Shown here: in pieces, positions 9,901 through 18,407 of the stretch
How the letters are laid out: the number at the start of each line of letters is the position of its first letter
Numbering within the stretch: the stretch's first letter is position 1
Origin: Thermofilaceae archaeon
Lineage (GTDB): Archaea; Thermoproteota; Thermoprotei; Thermofilales; Thermofilaceae
Length of the DNA: 64,000 nucleotides
Direction: 5' to 3'
Assembly (NCBI GenBank): GCA_038861545.1
Contig: JAWCCZ010000001.1
Coordinates: 128,001 to 192,000, forward strand
Translations under genes and position numbers: made by a program
Notes under the pieces: generated by a model
Database searches by the model: none
Told to the model about the DNA's origin: nothing
What the model saw: the letters and a program-made list of their open reading frames with translations, nothing else

Positions 9901-10156
9901 ACAACATAGTTTACTTATAAGAGAGTTACTAACTTTGTCCCTCAGGCTTGAGTCCTTCGTCAGTCAGTTAAGGGATGAGATCAGGAAGTTGGAAATTGAA
10001 ATTGAAAAACATAGAGTAGCATATGAACTAGGAGAGATGAAAGAGGAAGAATATAGGAAGATTATTGAACCATTGAAGGCTCAACTTGATGAATATAAAG
10101 ATAGAATTAGAACTATCGAGGAAATCAATGAGTTCTTAGCTTCTCGGCGTAGATAG
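6902..10156 (+). CDS. FtsX/MacB-like ABC permease with N-terminal extracellular domain and C-terminal CdvA-like coiled coil
   Basis: Signal peptide; MacB-type segments (AVRYIKAKRLRSILIL, VEGRLPRDGEPEVVVS, VKVVGFF); FtsX motif DRRRDMYVIATLGA...EA; C-terminal coiled coil with YELGEMKEEEY. Confidence 0.82.
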   Translation: MKGFALLLVILAFTVIVVAEPQTRFLVVVKEYPKNEPVKGVMLNMTLQVDAKTYRFSIITNQVGAWGTQLASVPREVYLVDLSFSPANYTGYSYLNPSIPIRVADSLIEELDYRAMFDRSLNTTLFTGLRIPLQITQEGNLTILRCVIWLTPGKLVNVSMLDPMTRKPAMLTIKPGVPVTGRLFWSTYLLPIGYPVLLTATTPIAGAKELRVWITNDTKTLPWTYYAAEALIENQLREVMDLLRQLESIGYYTEDMRLDVDALKAVAQQTLFLFKQGNYTSAIGATLSLVNGASSLKSRVNSLFSYSHLAALGIIILTLAFAHTFSLLMFERGRKLHVLRFILLLILLSFSTATSSTIRLAAASLLGTLGVPLAILDVPTLIAATVVMGFLAYAIFLLLSFVAGPVRGFWLYLAVRYIKAKRLRSILILATMILVIASTLAVSGFTLGSTVIRKEWLGAGFKGLDVEVNLIRKPYGLNSSEIEWLIFSTDAVDIGRMAIIPERYPGVLLATREGTVGSSIITNLVAIDIKFAIKNFNLSAHVVEGRLPRDGEPEVVVSKTLSNILRVGESIWIFFAQPSVQGPPIPAGPVWDAPVKVVGFFDPLSLNSTLDPELRPLFGDYPSVTLMLIAPYNPLANRLSTSRVWLISENSTAVDLTARLTLASLPATVHILQGKRVITYERATQFSFKGTETILLLTIAALMNAAAMLGHAEDRRRDMYVIATLGANPKNLFYAMMTEATIIGVVSSYIGWAVAPLIIYVSSLLVMLTGATPISFTPLPVESLFYATAVGLAVVVISAYIPSRRVSGLSRMGREERKVISSSELKLVDGMAVYELPIRVSVFESEALYRYLKEILPKKDILNEELYLDGTFAFAFAFFPPHMRGSMVTCRLRTTKRGDSLTLLLEVPEEFRRYMYLSDVIYALENKLLDYSKWRDSQFRYQILRYAPRREAPTLDSLLERGREAMIKAREMELKLRRLDEMKATISASLYADYEKKYKRQHSLLIRELLTLSLRLESFVSQLRDEIRKLEIEIEKHRVAYELGEMKEEEYRKIIEPLKAQLDEYKDRIRTIEEINEFLASRRR

Positions 10157-10391
10157 TAATTTTTAAATATATTTTACCGAAAACTTTATTAATTTATTCT
10201 TTAATCATATTTTTAACTATCACGCGTTTTAACTATTTGTTTAAGTCTTTATGTATTAAAGTACATTAAAATTCTCTGCATCTATAGAGATTCTTAAGTT
10301 AATTGTGCCAGTAATGTAGCGGGTTTTAGTCCACTATGCAGCTCTCGGAGAGCAGTGCTTTCCACCGCGTGTGACATTGTCAAGTTCTCGG

Positions 10392-11513
10392 TTAAAGGTT
10401 TTTTATCAAAGTGTGCGCGAAGACATCAAAGACCCAAGCAGTATCATTGGGTCCAGGAGATGCTTCAGGGTGGAACTGCACCCCCAAAATTTTTCGTTCA
10501 AGATTGATTATACCCTCGACTGACTTGTCGTCAGCGTTAATAAACCATATCTCGACCCCACTTTCTTTGAGACTGTTCATGTCAACTGCGTAGCCGTGGT
10601 TCTGAGACGTGACGAAGCAGCGCCCGGTTTTTAAGTCGATACAAGGTTTATTAGAACCCCTATGACCGTAACGTAGCTTGTATGTAGAGGCTCCTAACGC
10701 AAGGGAAATTATCTGATGTCCTAAACATATTCCTAGAAGAGGATATCGGTATTCGACAAGCGCTTTCACTTTCTCGACTAAATCGTTTAGTAGCTCAGGG
10801 TTGCCAGGTCCATTGCTGATTACAATGCCAGCAGGGGCTAATTCATCCACTTTATCAGCTGGAGTATTGTAAGGGAGAAGCATGACGTCGAAACCTTTAG
10901 CCAGTAATGAGCGCAAGATCCCATGTTTTACGCCACAGTCGAGAACTGCTATGAGGCTCCTGCCCCCTTCACCATAGAAAACAGGCTTTTCTACAGAAAC
11001 TTTCTTAACGAAGTTTACTTTATCATAGTTCATACTTTTTATGATTTCGAAAAGGTTAGTCAAATCTAAATCCTCATCTTCCTCGTACACAGCTAGAGCT
11101 CCGACGGTTACTCCTTCTTCTCTAAGCTTCGCTGCCAACCCTCTAGTGTCTACTCCCCATATCCCCGGAACTTCTTCCTGCTCGAGCCACTCCACGAAAC
11201 TTCTATTCAACGCCCAGTGACTCGGCTTAAAGCAAGGCTCGTGCACCACTACTCCCTCAACTTTGATGCCACTTGACTCAAAATGCAAAGGTAATCCATA
11301 CTTGTCTGAAATCTCATAAGGAGGAACCCCATAGTTACCGATTAACGGGTACGTGAAAACCAAGATTTGGCCAGCGTAAGATGGATCGGTTAATGATTCC
11401 GTGTAACCAACCATGCTAGTAGTGAAAACCACTTCTCCAACTACTATGCGGGGAGCTCCAAATCCTCGACCCCATATAACTGTTCCATCTTTTAAAACCA
11501 GGACAGCTTTCAT
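10392..11513 (-). CDS. carA: Carbamoyl-phosphate synthase small subunit
   Basis: Motifs GEVVFTT, TDPSYAGQI, SNGPGNP, catalytic GICLGHQ and QFHPEASPGP. Confidence 0.96.
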   Translation of the reverse strand: MKAVLVLKDGTVIWGRGFGAPRIVVGEVVFTTSMVGYTESLTDPSYAGQILVFTYPLIGNYGVPPYEISDKYGLPLHFESSGIKVEGVVVHEPCFKPSHWALNRSFVEWLEQEEVPGIWGVDTRGLAAKLREEGVTVGALAVYEEDEDLDLTNLFEIIKSMNYDKVNFVKKVSVEKPVFYGEGGRSLIAVLDCGVKHGILRSLLAKGFDVMLLPYNTPADKVDELAPAGIVISNGPGNPELLNDLVEKVKALVEYRYPLLGICLGHQIISLALGASTYKLRYGHRGSNKPCIDLKTGRCFVTSQNHGYAVDMNSLKESGVEIWFINADDKSVEGIINLERKILGVQFHPEASPGPNDTAWVFDVFAHTLIKNL

Positions 11514-11522
11514 GGTACCACC

Positions 11523-14500
11523 TTATAACGGTTCAACACTAAACTCGCTGCAGTCCAAGTACTCCTTCAGGGACCTTGTTAACATAAGCGCTAGTTGAGC
11601 ATCGAGCACGAGAGGTACTCCAAAATCAGCGCACATTCTTCTAGTGGTGTAATCCCACTCTCCATCGCCTAGAGCTATCGTCAAATCCACGTGACCACTT
11701 TTTATAAGCTCAACTATACTGTCAACCAATTCGCTATCAGAGCTCGGTGAAGAATTAATCACTACCGGCTCGTACCCTAGCTCCGTTAAATTCTTCACCA
11801 GATCGCTTAAAAGTTTTTGAGAGTTTCCATCAGATAAAATTAATACCTTAGAGTTCTTTCCCGGCAGCTTGTTGGGCTGCGCCGCTAGCCACGACTTCAA
11901 GAAGGCATCGTAAAGTGAACGACCCAGAGCAGCCACCTCACCAGTTGACCTCATCTCAACGCTTAATAGTGGATAAGCCCCCCGAATACGAGTCCATGAA
12001 AACTGAGGAGTTTTTACGCCCCAGCGCTGAGCTGGAGGCTCGTAAAACTCATATGGAAAATTAAGTTTCCCACCTAGAATAACCTCGGCTACGTTTTCCA
12101 TTAAGTTCATACCTTTTACCTTGGATGTGAAAGGCATAGATCTAGAAGCTCTTAGATTACATTCTATTACATACACTTCGTCGTCCTTAACTAGGAATTG
12201 AATGTTTACAGGACCTTTTACGGATAAAGCTCTACAAATCGCCAGTGTATACTTTTTAATTTTCCCTATAGTAGTCGGCGACAGCGAGAAAGGCGGTATA
12301 ACCATAGTAGCATCTCCTGAGTGGACACCCGCTGATTCAACATGTTCAATAACAGCGCCAATTAGGACTTTCTCTCCATCGGAAACACAATCTACTTCTG
12401 CCTCTTTTGCTTCTTGGACGAATTTGCTAACTACAAGACCTTTAACGAGCGAGTTACGGTTTACTTCACTTAGGTACTCCATTAATTCTCTTTCATCATG
12501 GAGAACGCGCATACCTAATCCTGAAAGCACATATGAGGGCCTGATTATAACTGGAAACCCTACTTCTCGGCAGAATGACCTCACTTCCTCTGGGTCCTCA
12601 GTTTCTTTCCAAGGGGGCTGAGGTATACTTAAGCTGTCAAGCAGTGAGCTGAACTTTCTTCTATCCTCTGCCGTATCAACGGCTGTTCCACTAGGTCCAA
12701 GAATCTTGACGCCTTGTTTTTCTAGAGGTAAAGCTAGGTTATTCGCTATTTGACCTCCAACACAAGTTACAACTCCGGCAAGGTTTTCAAACTCGCATAT
12801 GTCTAGAACCCGCTCAAGTGTTAACTCCTCGAAATAAAGGCGGTCGGCTATATCCCAATCAGTAGATACTGTTTCTGGGTTGTAGTTCACTACTACCACA
12901 TCTCCATTCCATCTTCTTTTAAGCGATTGAACTAACTGGACTACGCACCAATCAAATTCAACAGATACTCCGATACGAAAAACGCCAGCGCCGAGCACCG
13001 CAATTCCACTGTTAGAGGGTTTTACATCATGTTCAGAGCCGCCGTATGTAACATAGAGGTACTTAGTCTTCGCTGGCCATTCAGCAGCAAGCGTGTCAAC
13101 GCACTTCACAACGGGGAGAATATAATGTTTTTTCCTGAAAGCTCTTACTCTTTCCTCCCCTACCTTCATACATGCAGCAATCTGTTTGTCAGAGAAGCCA
13201 AGGCGTTTAGCTTCCTTGATTAGCTGGATAACCTCTTCGCTCTCGGTTAAACGGCCTAAAGCCTTCAGCTTTCTCTCCACCTTAACTAGGTTTTCGATTT
13301 TATGCAGGTACCATGGATCTATACCTGTAAGCTCATAAATTTCGTTAAGCGGCATCTCAGCTTTTATGGCATCCACGATGTCAAAAATCCTGTAAGGCCT
13401 TGGTTCGGAAAGTGCTTTTCTCAGCTCATCCAATGATCGCTTTTTCTGACTCACAGTATTCGCGACAACTCCCTCTAGGCCAAGATCGAGCATCCTAACG
13501 GCTTTCTGTATCGCTTCTTCGAAGCACCTACCTATGGCCATGACTTCACCAATGCTGCGCATTTCAGTTCCTATTAACTCGTGAGCCCTTGGAAACTTAG
13601 AGAAATCCCAGCGGGGCATTTTCACTACAATATAGTCAAGCGCTGGCTCAAAATGCGCAACTGTTACTCCGGTCACGCTGTTGACTAATTCGGGAAGCGT
13701 GTAGCCGAGCGCGATTTTAGCCGCAACGTAGGCTAAGGGGTAGCCTGTCGCCTTGCTCGCAAGGGCGCTGCTTCTAGACATCCTGGGGTTTGTCTCTATA
13801 ACGTAAAATTCTTCAGACCTCGGATTCAAAGCCAGCTGCACGTTGCATTCGCCAACGACGCCAACAGCCCTTGCGACTGCAAGTGATGCGTTTCTCAACG
13901 CCTGGTATTCTCTGTTCGTAAGCGTCTGGGAAGGCGCTACAACTATAGAATCCCCTGTGTGAACCCCCATTGGGTCTACGTTCTCCAAACAAGCAACAGC
14001 AACAGCATTGTCAACGGCGTCTCTAATAACTTCGAACTCTATTTCCTTCCACTTCTCCAGATAGCGCTCAACGAGGACCTGCTTTACAGGCGATTGAATA
14101 AGCGCTTTATCCACGCGCTCAATTAATTCAGCCTTATTACGAGCAACGAATGAACCAGCACCACCCAAGTTGAATGCAACTCTTACCATTACAGGGTAGC
14201 CGATCTTTTCGGCGACTTCTAATGCTCTCTTCCTTGAATTCACAGCTTCAGAGGGAGGTACAGGAATCCCGTGTATGAGCATTGTCGCACGGAAGAGGTC
14301 TCGGTTACTGGCTCTGACTATGCTTTCCACTGGTGTACCGAGCACTTTGACACCATACTTGTCGAGAACCCCATGTTTCGCAAGCTCAACGCCACAGTTT
14401 AAAGCAGCCTGTCCTCCAAATCCCAGTAAAATGCAATCGGGCCTCTCTTTCTCGATGACTTTTTCAACGAATTCGGATTGGACCGGCAGCAGGTAAATTT

Positions 14501-14684
14501 TATCTGCCATTTCCTTTGAAGTCTGAATCGTAGCTACATTCGGGTTTACTAGAACCACTTCGATATCTTCTTCCTTAAGAGCTTTAATGGCTTGAGAGCC
14601 GCTGTAATCGAACTCTGCAGCTTCGGCTATTTTGATAGCACCTGACCCCAGCAGGAGCGCTTTCTTTACAGTGAACCTTGACAT
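11523..14684 (-). CDS. carB: Carbamoyl-phosphate synthase large subunit
   Basis: Motifs LGSGAIKIAEAAEFDYSG, NPRMSRSSALASKATG, NYNPETVSTD and two ATP-grasp domains. Start placed at ATG 14684 (MSRFTVKK); the ORF track extends to 14732. Confidence 0.96.
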   Translation of the reverse strand: MSRFTVKKALLLGSGAIKIAEAAEFDYSGSQAIKALKEEDIEVVLVNPNVATIQTSKEMADKIYLLPVQSEFVEKVIEKERPDCILLGFGGQAALNCGVELAKHGVLDKYGVKVLGTPVESIVRASNRDLFRATMLIHGIPVPPSEAVNSRKRALEVAEKIGYPVMVRVAFNLGGAGSFVARNKAELIERVDKALIQSPVKQVLVERYLEKWKEIEFEVIRDAVDNAVAVACLENVDPMGVHTGDSIVVAPSQTLTNREYQALRNASLAVARAVGVVGECNVQLALNPRSEEFYVIETNPRMSRSSALASKATGYPLAYVAAKIALGYTLPELVNSVTGVTVAHFEPALDYIVVKMPRWDFSKFPRAHELIGTEMRSIGEVMAIGRCFEEAIQKAVRMLDLGLEGVVANTVSQKKRSLDELRKALSEPRPYRIFDIVDAIKAEMPLNEIYELTGIDPWYLHKIENLVKVERKLKALGRLTESEEVIQLIKEAKRLGFSDKQIAACMKVGEERVRAFRKKHYILPVVKCVDTLAAEWPAKTKYLYVTYGGSEHDVKPSNSGIAVLGAGVFRIGVSVEFDWCVVQLVQSLKRRWNGDVVVVNYNPETVSTDWDIADRLYFEELTLERVLDICEFENLAGVVTCVGGQIANNLALPLEKQGVKILGPSGTAVDTAEDRRKFSSLLDSLSIPQPPWKETEDPEEVRSFCREVGFPVIIRPSYVLSGLGMRVLHDERELMEYLSEVNRNSLVKGLVVSKFVQEAKEAEVDCVSDGEKVLIGAVIEHVESAGVHSGDATMVIPPFSLSPTTIGKIKKYTLAICRALSVKGPVNIQFLVKDDEVYVIECNLRASRSMPFTSKVKGMNLMENVAEVILGGKLNFPYEFYEPPAQRWGVKTPQFSWTRIRGAYPLLSVEMRSTGEVAALGRSLYDAFLKSWLAAQPNKLPGKNSKVLILSDGNSQKLLSDLVKNLTELGYEPVVINSSPSSDSELVDSIVELIKSGHVDLTIALGDGEWDYTTRRMCADFGVPLVLDAQLALMLTRSLKEYLDCSEFSVEPL

Positions 14685-14729
14685 AGACGAACACCAAAGA
14701 CGAGAAAACAACGAAGGATTGATGTTAAC

Positions 14730-14783
14730 CATTGATGTTTTTCCGTTTCAATGCTGAGCAAGACCCTAGCCAGGCCTGCTCAG
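14730..14783. promoter_or_regulatory. Two adjacent inverted repeats upstream of carB (candidate operator or structured leader)
   Basis: CATTGA(14730-35)...TCAATG(14748-53) and CTGAGCA(14754-60)...TGCTCAG(14777-83); ATTGATGTT also occurs twice (14718, 14731). Confidence 0.35.
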
Positions 14784-14820
14784 ATCCTGTTTAAAAAAAT
14801 TTCGTTTAACTAAAATTTAT

Positions 14821-15645
14821 TCAATAGATAAATCTTTGTAAAAATTTCCTTGCTAGAATTAAACCTTCTTCATACTTGAAAAACGGGTCCTCTTGTTCAA
14901 TACTTATCGCGTAATTGTAACCATGCCTCCTCAACACAGAAAAGAATTTACTCCAATCTAGTTGCCCAAAGCCCGGCAACCTATGGGGGCACCAGCCTCC
15001 AGCCGTAATTCCTACTTCACGAATACGCTCCCAATTTATTTCTGCATCTTTGGCGTGAACATGGTAAATACGTCGACCAAACTCGTCTGCTGTCTTAATA
15101 GGATCAATCATTTGGCAGATAAGGTGGCTGGGGTCGAACTCTAGCCCAAGGTTAGGCGATCTAAGCTCTTCAAATACAATGCGCCAGATGTCTGGTCTAT
15201 ACATGACATTGCCGGGGCAGTTTTCAATAGCGATTTTTACTCCGTAGTCCTCAGCTTTCTTCAATATCGGAGGCCAAACTTTCTTTGCCTCCTCGATGCT
15301 CTCATCAATACCTCCAGGGTGAGTGCCAAGCCAACCGGTGACCACAGTTTTCTCTAGCTTGTACGTAGCTTCAAGCAGTCTGACAAAGTGTTCAGTATGT
15401 ATTTTTCGGACAGATGCATCAGGATGAAGGGGATTTCCATAAAAGCCGAAGGCACTAATACATATTCCGCTTTCTCCCTCAAGATCTAAGAGTAAACGGG
15501 GGTTGTTGAGGATTTCACTAAGGTCAATAAACTTTGAGTCGGGCGGCAGAGCTATACTTATTGACTGGAAGCCATGAACACGAGCCCACTCCATAGTAGT
15601 TTTCAAATCTCCGAGCTGTCCACTAGTTAAGAAACCCAACATCAT
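14821..15645 (-). CDS. Sugar phosphate isomerase/epimerase (xylose-isomerase-like TIM barrel)
   Basis: Metal-binding motifs IAIENCP, FDPSH, HVHAKD and SIEQED. Confidence 0.9.
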   Translation of the reverse strand: MMLGFLTSGQLGDLKTTMEWARVHGFQSISIALPPDSKFIDLSEILNNPRLLLDLEGESGICISAFGFYGNPLHPDASVRKIHTEHFVRLLEATYKLEKTVVTGWLGTHPGGIDESIEEAKKVWPPILKKAEDYGVKIAIENCPGNVMYRPDIWRIVFEELRSPNLGLEFDPSHLICQMIDPIKTADEFGRRIYHVHAKDAEINWERIREVGITAGGWCPHRLPGFGQLDWSKFFSVLRRHGYNYAISIEQEDPFFKYEEGLILARKFLQRFIY

Positions 15646-15734
15646 GCTGCTTCAGGAAGAAACGTTAAACTATCTAATAAGCCTGCGTGCGGTTAACCGC
15701 TAGCTTTATTCAAGGCTGTTTTTTACTCTTATTT

Positions 15735-16184
15735 GTGACGGTTAAAGTCTACGTTGGTTCCGATGAATCTTACCATATTGCTAAATTCGTGGCTAACTAT
15801 CTTCGATTAAAAGGCTTCGAAGTTATCGAGGCTGGAGCTTTGAGGAAAGATAAGCCCGTACCATGGCCGGATGTCGCTTTTGAGGTTGCCGAAGCTGTAT
15901 CGAGCGGCGTGGCCGCCTTTGGGGTATTAGTATGTTACACCGGTACAGGAGTTTCAATAGCGGCCAATAAGGTCAATGGGGTTCGGGCAGCGCTTTGTGT
16001 CGATGCACAAACCGCACGGGGGGCTAGGCTGTGGAATGATGCTAACATACTTGCGCTAAGTGCTAGATTAGCGAGCGAGGAATTGGCTAAGGAAATAATT
16101 GATGCTTGGCTTTCGGTCAACGAACCAGATCCCAGCGAGGTCGACAACATTAGGAAGGTTGAACGTTATGAAAGGGAGACCTGA
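15735..16184 (+). CDS. RpiB/LacA/LacB family sugar-phosphate isomerase (atypical)
   Basis: Motifs CYTGTGVSIAANKVNGVRAALC and NDANIL. Start moved to GTG 15735. Confidence 0.88.
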   Translation: MTVKVYVGSDESYHIAKFVANYLRLKGFEVIEAGALRKDKPVPWPDVAFEVAEAVSSGVAAFGVLVCYTGTGVSIAANKVNGVRAALCVDAQTARGARLWNDANILALSARLASEELAKEIIDAWLSVNEPDPSEVDNIRKVERYERET

Positions 16185-16247
16185 GCATAAAAATTATTGT
16201 TTTTGGATTTAGTATGTATTTTTTAACTTCAATTGTAAAGGGTTGAT

Positions 16248-17033
16248 GTGAAAGTAGTAGTGACAAACGATGACGGGATCGGGTGCCCCGGGTTACGAGT
16301 ACTCTACGAAGCGGTTGCACCACTCGGGGAAGCAATAATAATAGCTCCGGTAGAGGCTAGGTCAGCACGCGGCGGCGTCCTCACGCTGGAAGAGCCTATA
16401 CGGGTCTACGAGATGAAAACTCACGGTGTTGTCGCGTATGGCATCACTGGTTCCCCTCGGGACGTCGTTCATGTCGCTAGAGAGGTACTTGGCGGCGTAG
16501 ATATACTGGTAGCAGGCGTTAATGTGGGAGAGAACACCAGCATTCAAAATATCCTTGTCTCAGGCACGGTAGGTGCAGCCGCAGAGGCTGCGCTATTTAG
16601 CATACCCGCGGCCGCGTTTTCCGCTGACGTGGATAATCCCTTGGCTTTTCTTGATGAAAGGTACACTGATTTTGTAACTAAGGTGATAAGAGCAGTTGTT
16701 ACCTACATGGCTTCAAGGAAACTGCCGGCAGGAATCGATCTAATTAACGTAAATATCCCCCGCGTATTCAAGGGCTTAGTGAAGGTGGCGCCCCCGGCTA
16801 GATTAAGGTACATTGAGCGACTAGAGAGACGAGTCGATCCACGAGGGAGACCATACTTTTGGCTTTATGGCGAGGCCGCAGTACCTGAGCAAGGTACAGA
16901 TTCCTATGTACTTTTCGTCGAGAAGGGTGTATCTTTGACGCCTTTAAGCCTGAACTTGGGAATCAATACAACTTACCTACTTCAAGATTTAGCTGTAGAG
17001 GTAGAGAAGGTAATTCGTAATGCGAAAATTTAA
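16248..17033 (+). CDS. surE: 5'/3'-nucleotidase SurE
   Basis: Motifs VTNDDG, GVNVGEN, SGTVGAA and DPRGRPYFW. Confidence 0.93.
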   Translation: MKVVVTNDDGIGCPGLRVLYEAVAPLGEAIIIAPVEARSARGGVLTLEEPIRVYEMKTHGVVAYGITGSPRDVVHVAREVLGGVDILVAGVNVGENTSIQNILVSGTVGAAAEAALFSIPAAAFSADVDNPLAFLDERYTDFVTKVIRAVVTYMASRKLPAGIDLINVNIPRVFKGLVKVAPPARLRYIERLERRVDPRGRPYFWLYGEAAVPEQGTDSYVLFVEKGVSLTPLSLNLGINTTYLLQDLAVEVEKVIRNAKI

Positions 17034-17058
17034 ACCAGCATAAATTCCTCTCGCGACG

Positions 17059-17919
17059 ATGAGTACCCACTACAAGATTGAAAAATTATTGTTAGCCTCG
17101 ATACTCGGAAACGCAGTAGTATGCAGTGTGAAAATTCTCGGAGGTTTAATTTCTGGTAGCACAGCTTTGCTTGCTGACGGTAGCGATTCTCTACTCAACG
17201 TAGTAAGCGGCGTAATAGCTTACAAATCATTTTGCGAAGCTGGGAAGCCTCCAGATGAAGAACATCCCTACGGTCACTCAAAGTTCGAGATTTACGGCTC
17301 TATGCTAATACTTGTTTTTATGGTTGCCACATTCTCCTTCGTGGGTTTCATAGCCGTTGATAGGCTTTTACATGGACTTCCCGAGACGATTAACCCGATT
17401 GGAGTATTATTTGCGAGTATATCGTTAAGTATGAATTTTATAGTTTCTGGTTTACTAAAATTATGGGGGCGAGAAAGCCCAGTAGCTGTAACTGAATCCC
17501 GTCACGTAACTTTAGACGTAGTGGAAGGAATCGTTACGCTAGCGGGTGTGTCGCTGGGGGCTACCCTTTCCTCCGCATATGATGCGGTTGCCGCGTTTAT
17601 ACTACTAGTTTTAGTGACAATTTTTGTTTCAAGGACTCTTCGCGAGCTGAGGAAGGAAGTGTTAGATACAAGCCCGCCGAGTGTGTTTATCCAAGATATC
17701 GAAGAAGTTTTGAGCAGCATATCAGGAGTTGTGGGTTTTCACGATCTGCGAGCCAGGGTGTCTGCTGGACGAGTTTACGCAGATGTTCATCTAGTAGTTG
17801 AGGGGAACGTTAGCGTAGAGAAAGCCCATGAGATCTGTGATACAATAGAAAGAAAGCTAAAAGATAGATTTAATGATAAAATCGATATAATCATTCATGT
17901 TGAACCTATGAATAGTTAG
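17059..17919 (+). CDS. Cation diffusion facilitator (FieF-like) transporter
   Basis: Motifs STALLADGSDS and PPDEEHPYGHSKFE, about 6 TM helices, C-terminal DVH...AHEIC...HVEP. Confidence 0.92.
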   Translation: MSTHYKIEKLLLASILGNAVVCSVKILGGLISGSTALLADGSDSLLNVVSGVIAYKSFCEAGKPPDEEHPYGHSKFEIYGSMLILVFMVATFSFVGFIAVDRLLHGLPETINPIGVLFASISLSMNFIVSGLLKLWGRESPVAVTESRHVTLDVVEGIVTLAGVSLGATLSSAYDAVAAFILLVLVTIFVSRTLRELRKEVLDTSPPSVFIQDIEEVLSSISGVVGFHDLRARVSAGRVYADVHLVVEGNVSVEKAHEICDTIERKLKDRFNDKIDIIIHVEPMNS

Positions 17920-18058
17920 CTTTTAAATGATTTTACTACCTCATGATAATATTATTATATTGTAATAAGAAAAATAATTAACTAAAATTTTTAAATATTC
18001 TAACCTAATTTTATCATGTCAGGCGATATGCTTAAAACGGCTTGATACGGGTACGCGT

Positions 18059-18340
18059 GTGAGTATTCCCCAAATCCCCGAGGATGTAAAGAGATTTCTA
18101 GAAGAAGCTAGGAAAAGGGGGTATTCTGTGAGGAAAATCGCTGTAGCTAAGGTCCCCTTCGAAAAGTATTACTTTTTTGAGAATGGTGAGTACATAGGTG
18201 AAGTTGGAGAGGAGATCGCACTCGAAACTGACATAATAATGTGCCATGATGACTTGTGTGTACTATTTGTTGAAGATGAACCCGTGCTTGTTATGGAGAG
18301 AACTGGACAAAAGGGAATAAAGGAATTTAAAGAGCTTTAG
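18059..18340 (+). CDS. Hypothetical protein
   Basis: 93 aa acidic ORF downstream of an AT-rich promoter-like region. Confidence 0.65.
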   Translation: MSIPQIPEDVKRFLEEARKRGYSVRKIAVAKVPFEKYYFFENGEYIGEVGEEIALETDIIMCHDDLCVLFVEDEPVLVMERTGQKGIKEFKEL

Positions 18341-18407
18341 CTCTAAGTTTAGTCTTTTTCACTAAATCAAACCAAGGTTAATATTTAAGCTAGGGCACTG
18401 CAACTAT

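Noticed and set aside
10157-10391. AT-rich gap with small palindromes (GCTCTCGGAGAGC, TGACATTGTCA) and a 27-codon minus-strand ORF after carA
   Set aside because: Stems are short, no RNA-family boxes are present, and the pattern fits a convergent terminator region or chance.
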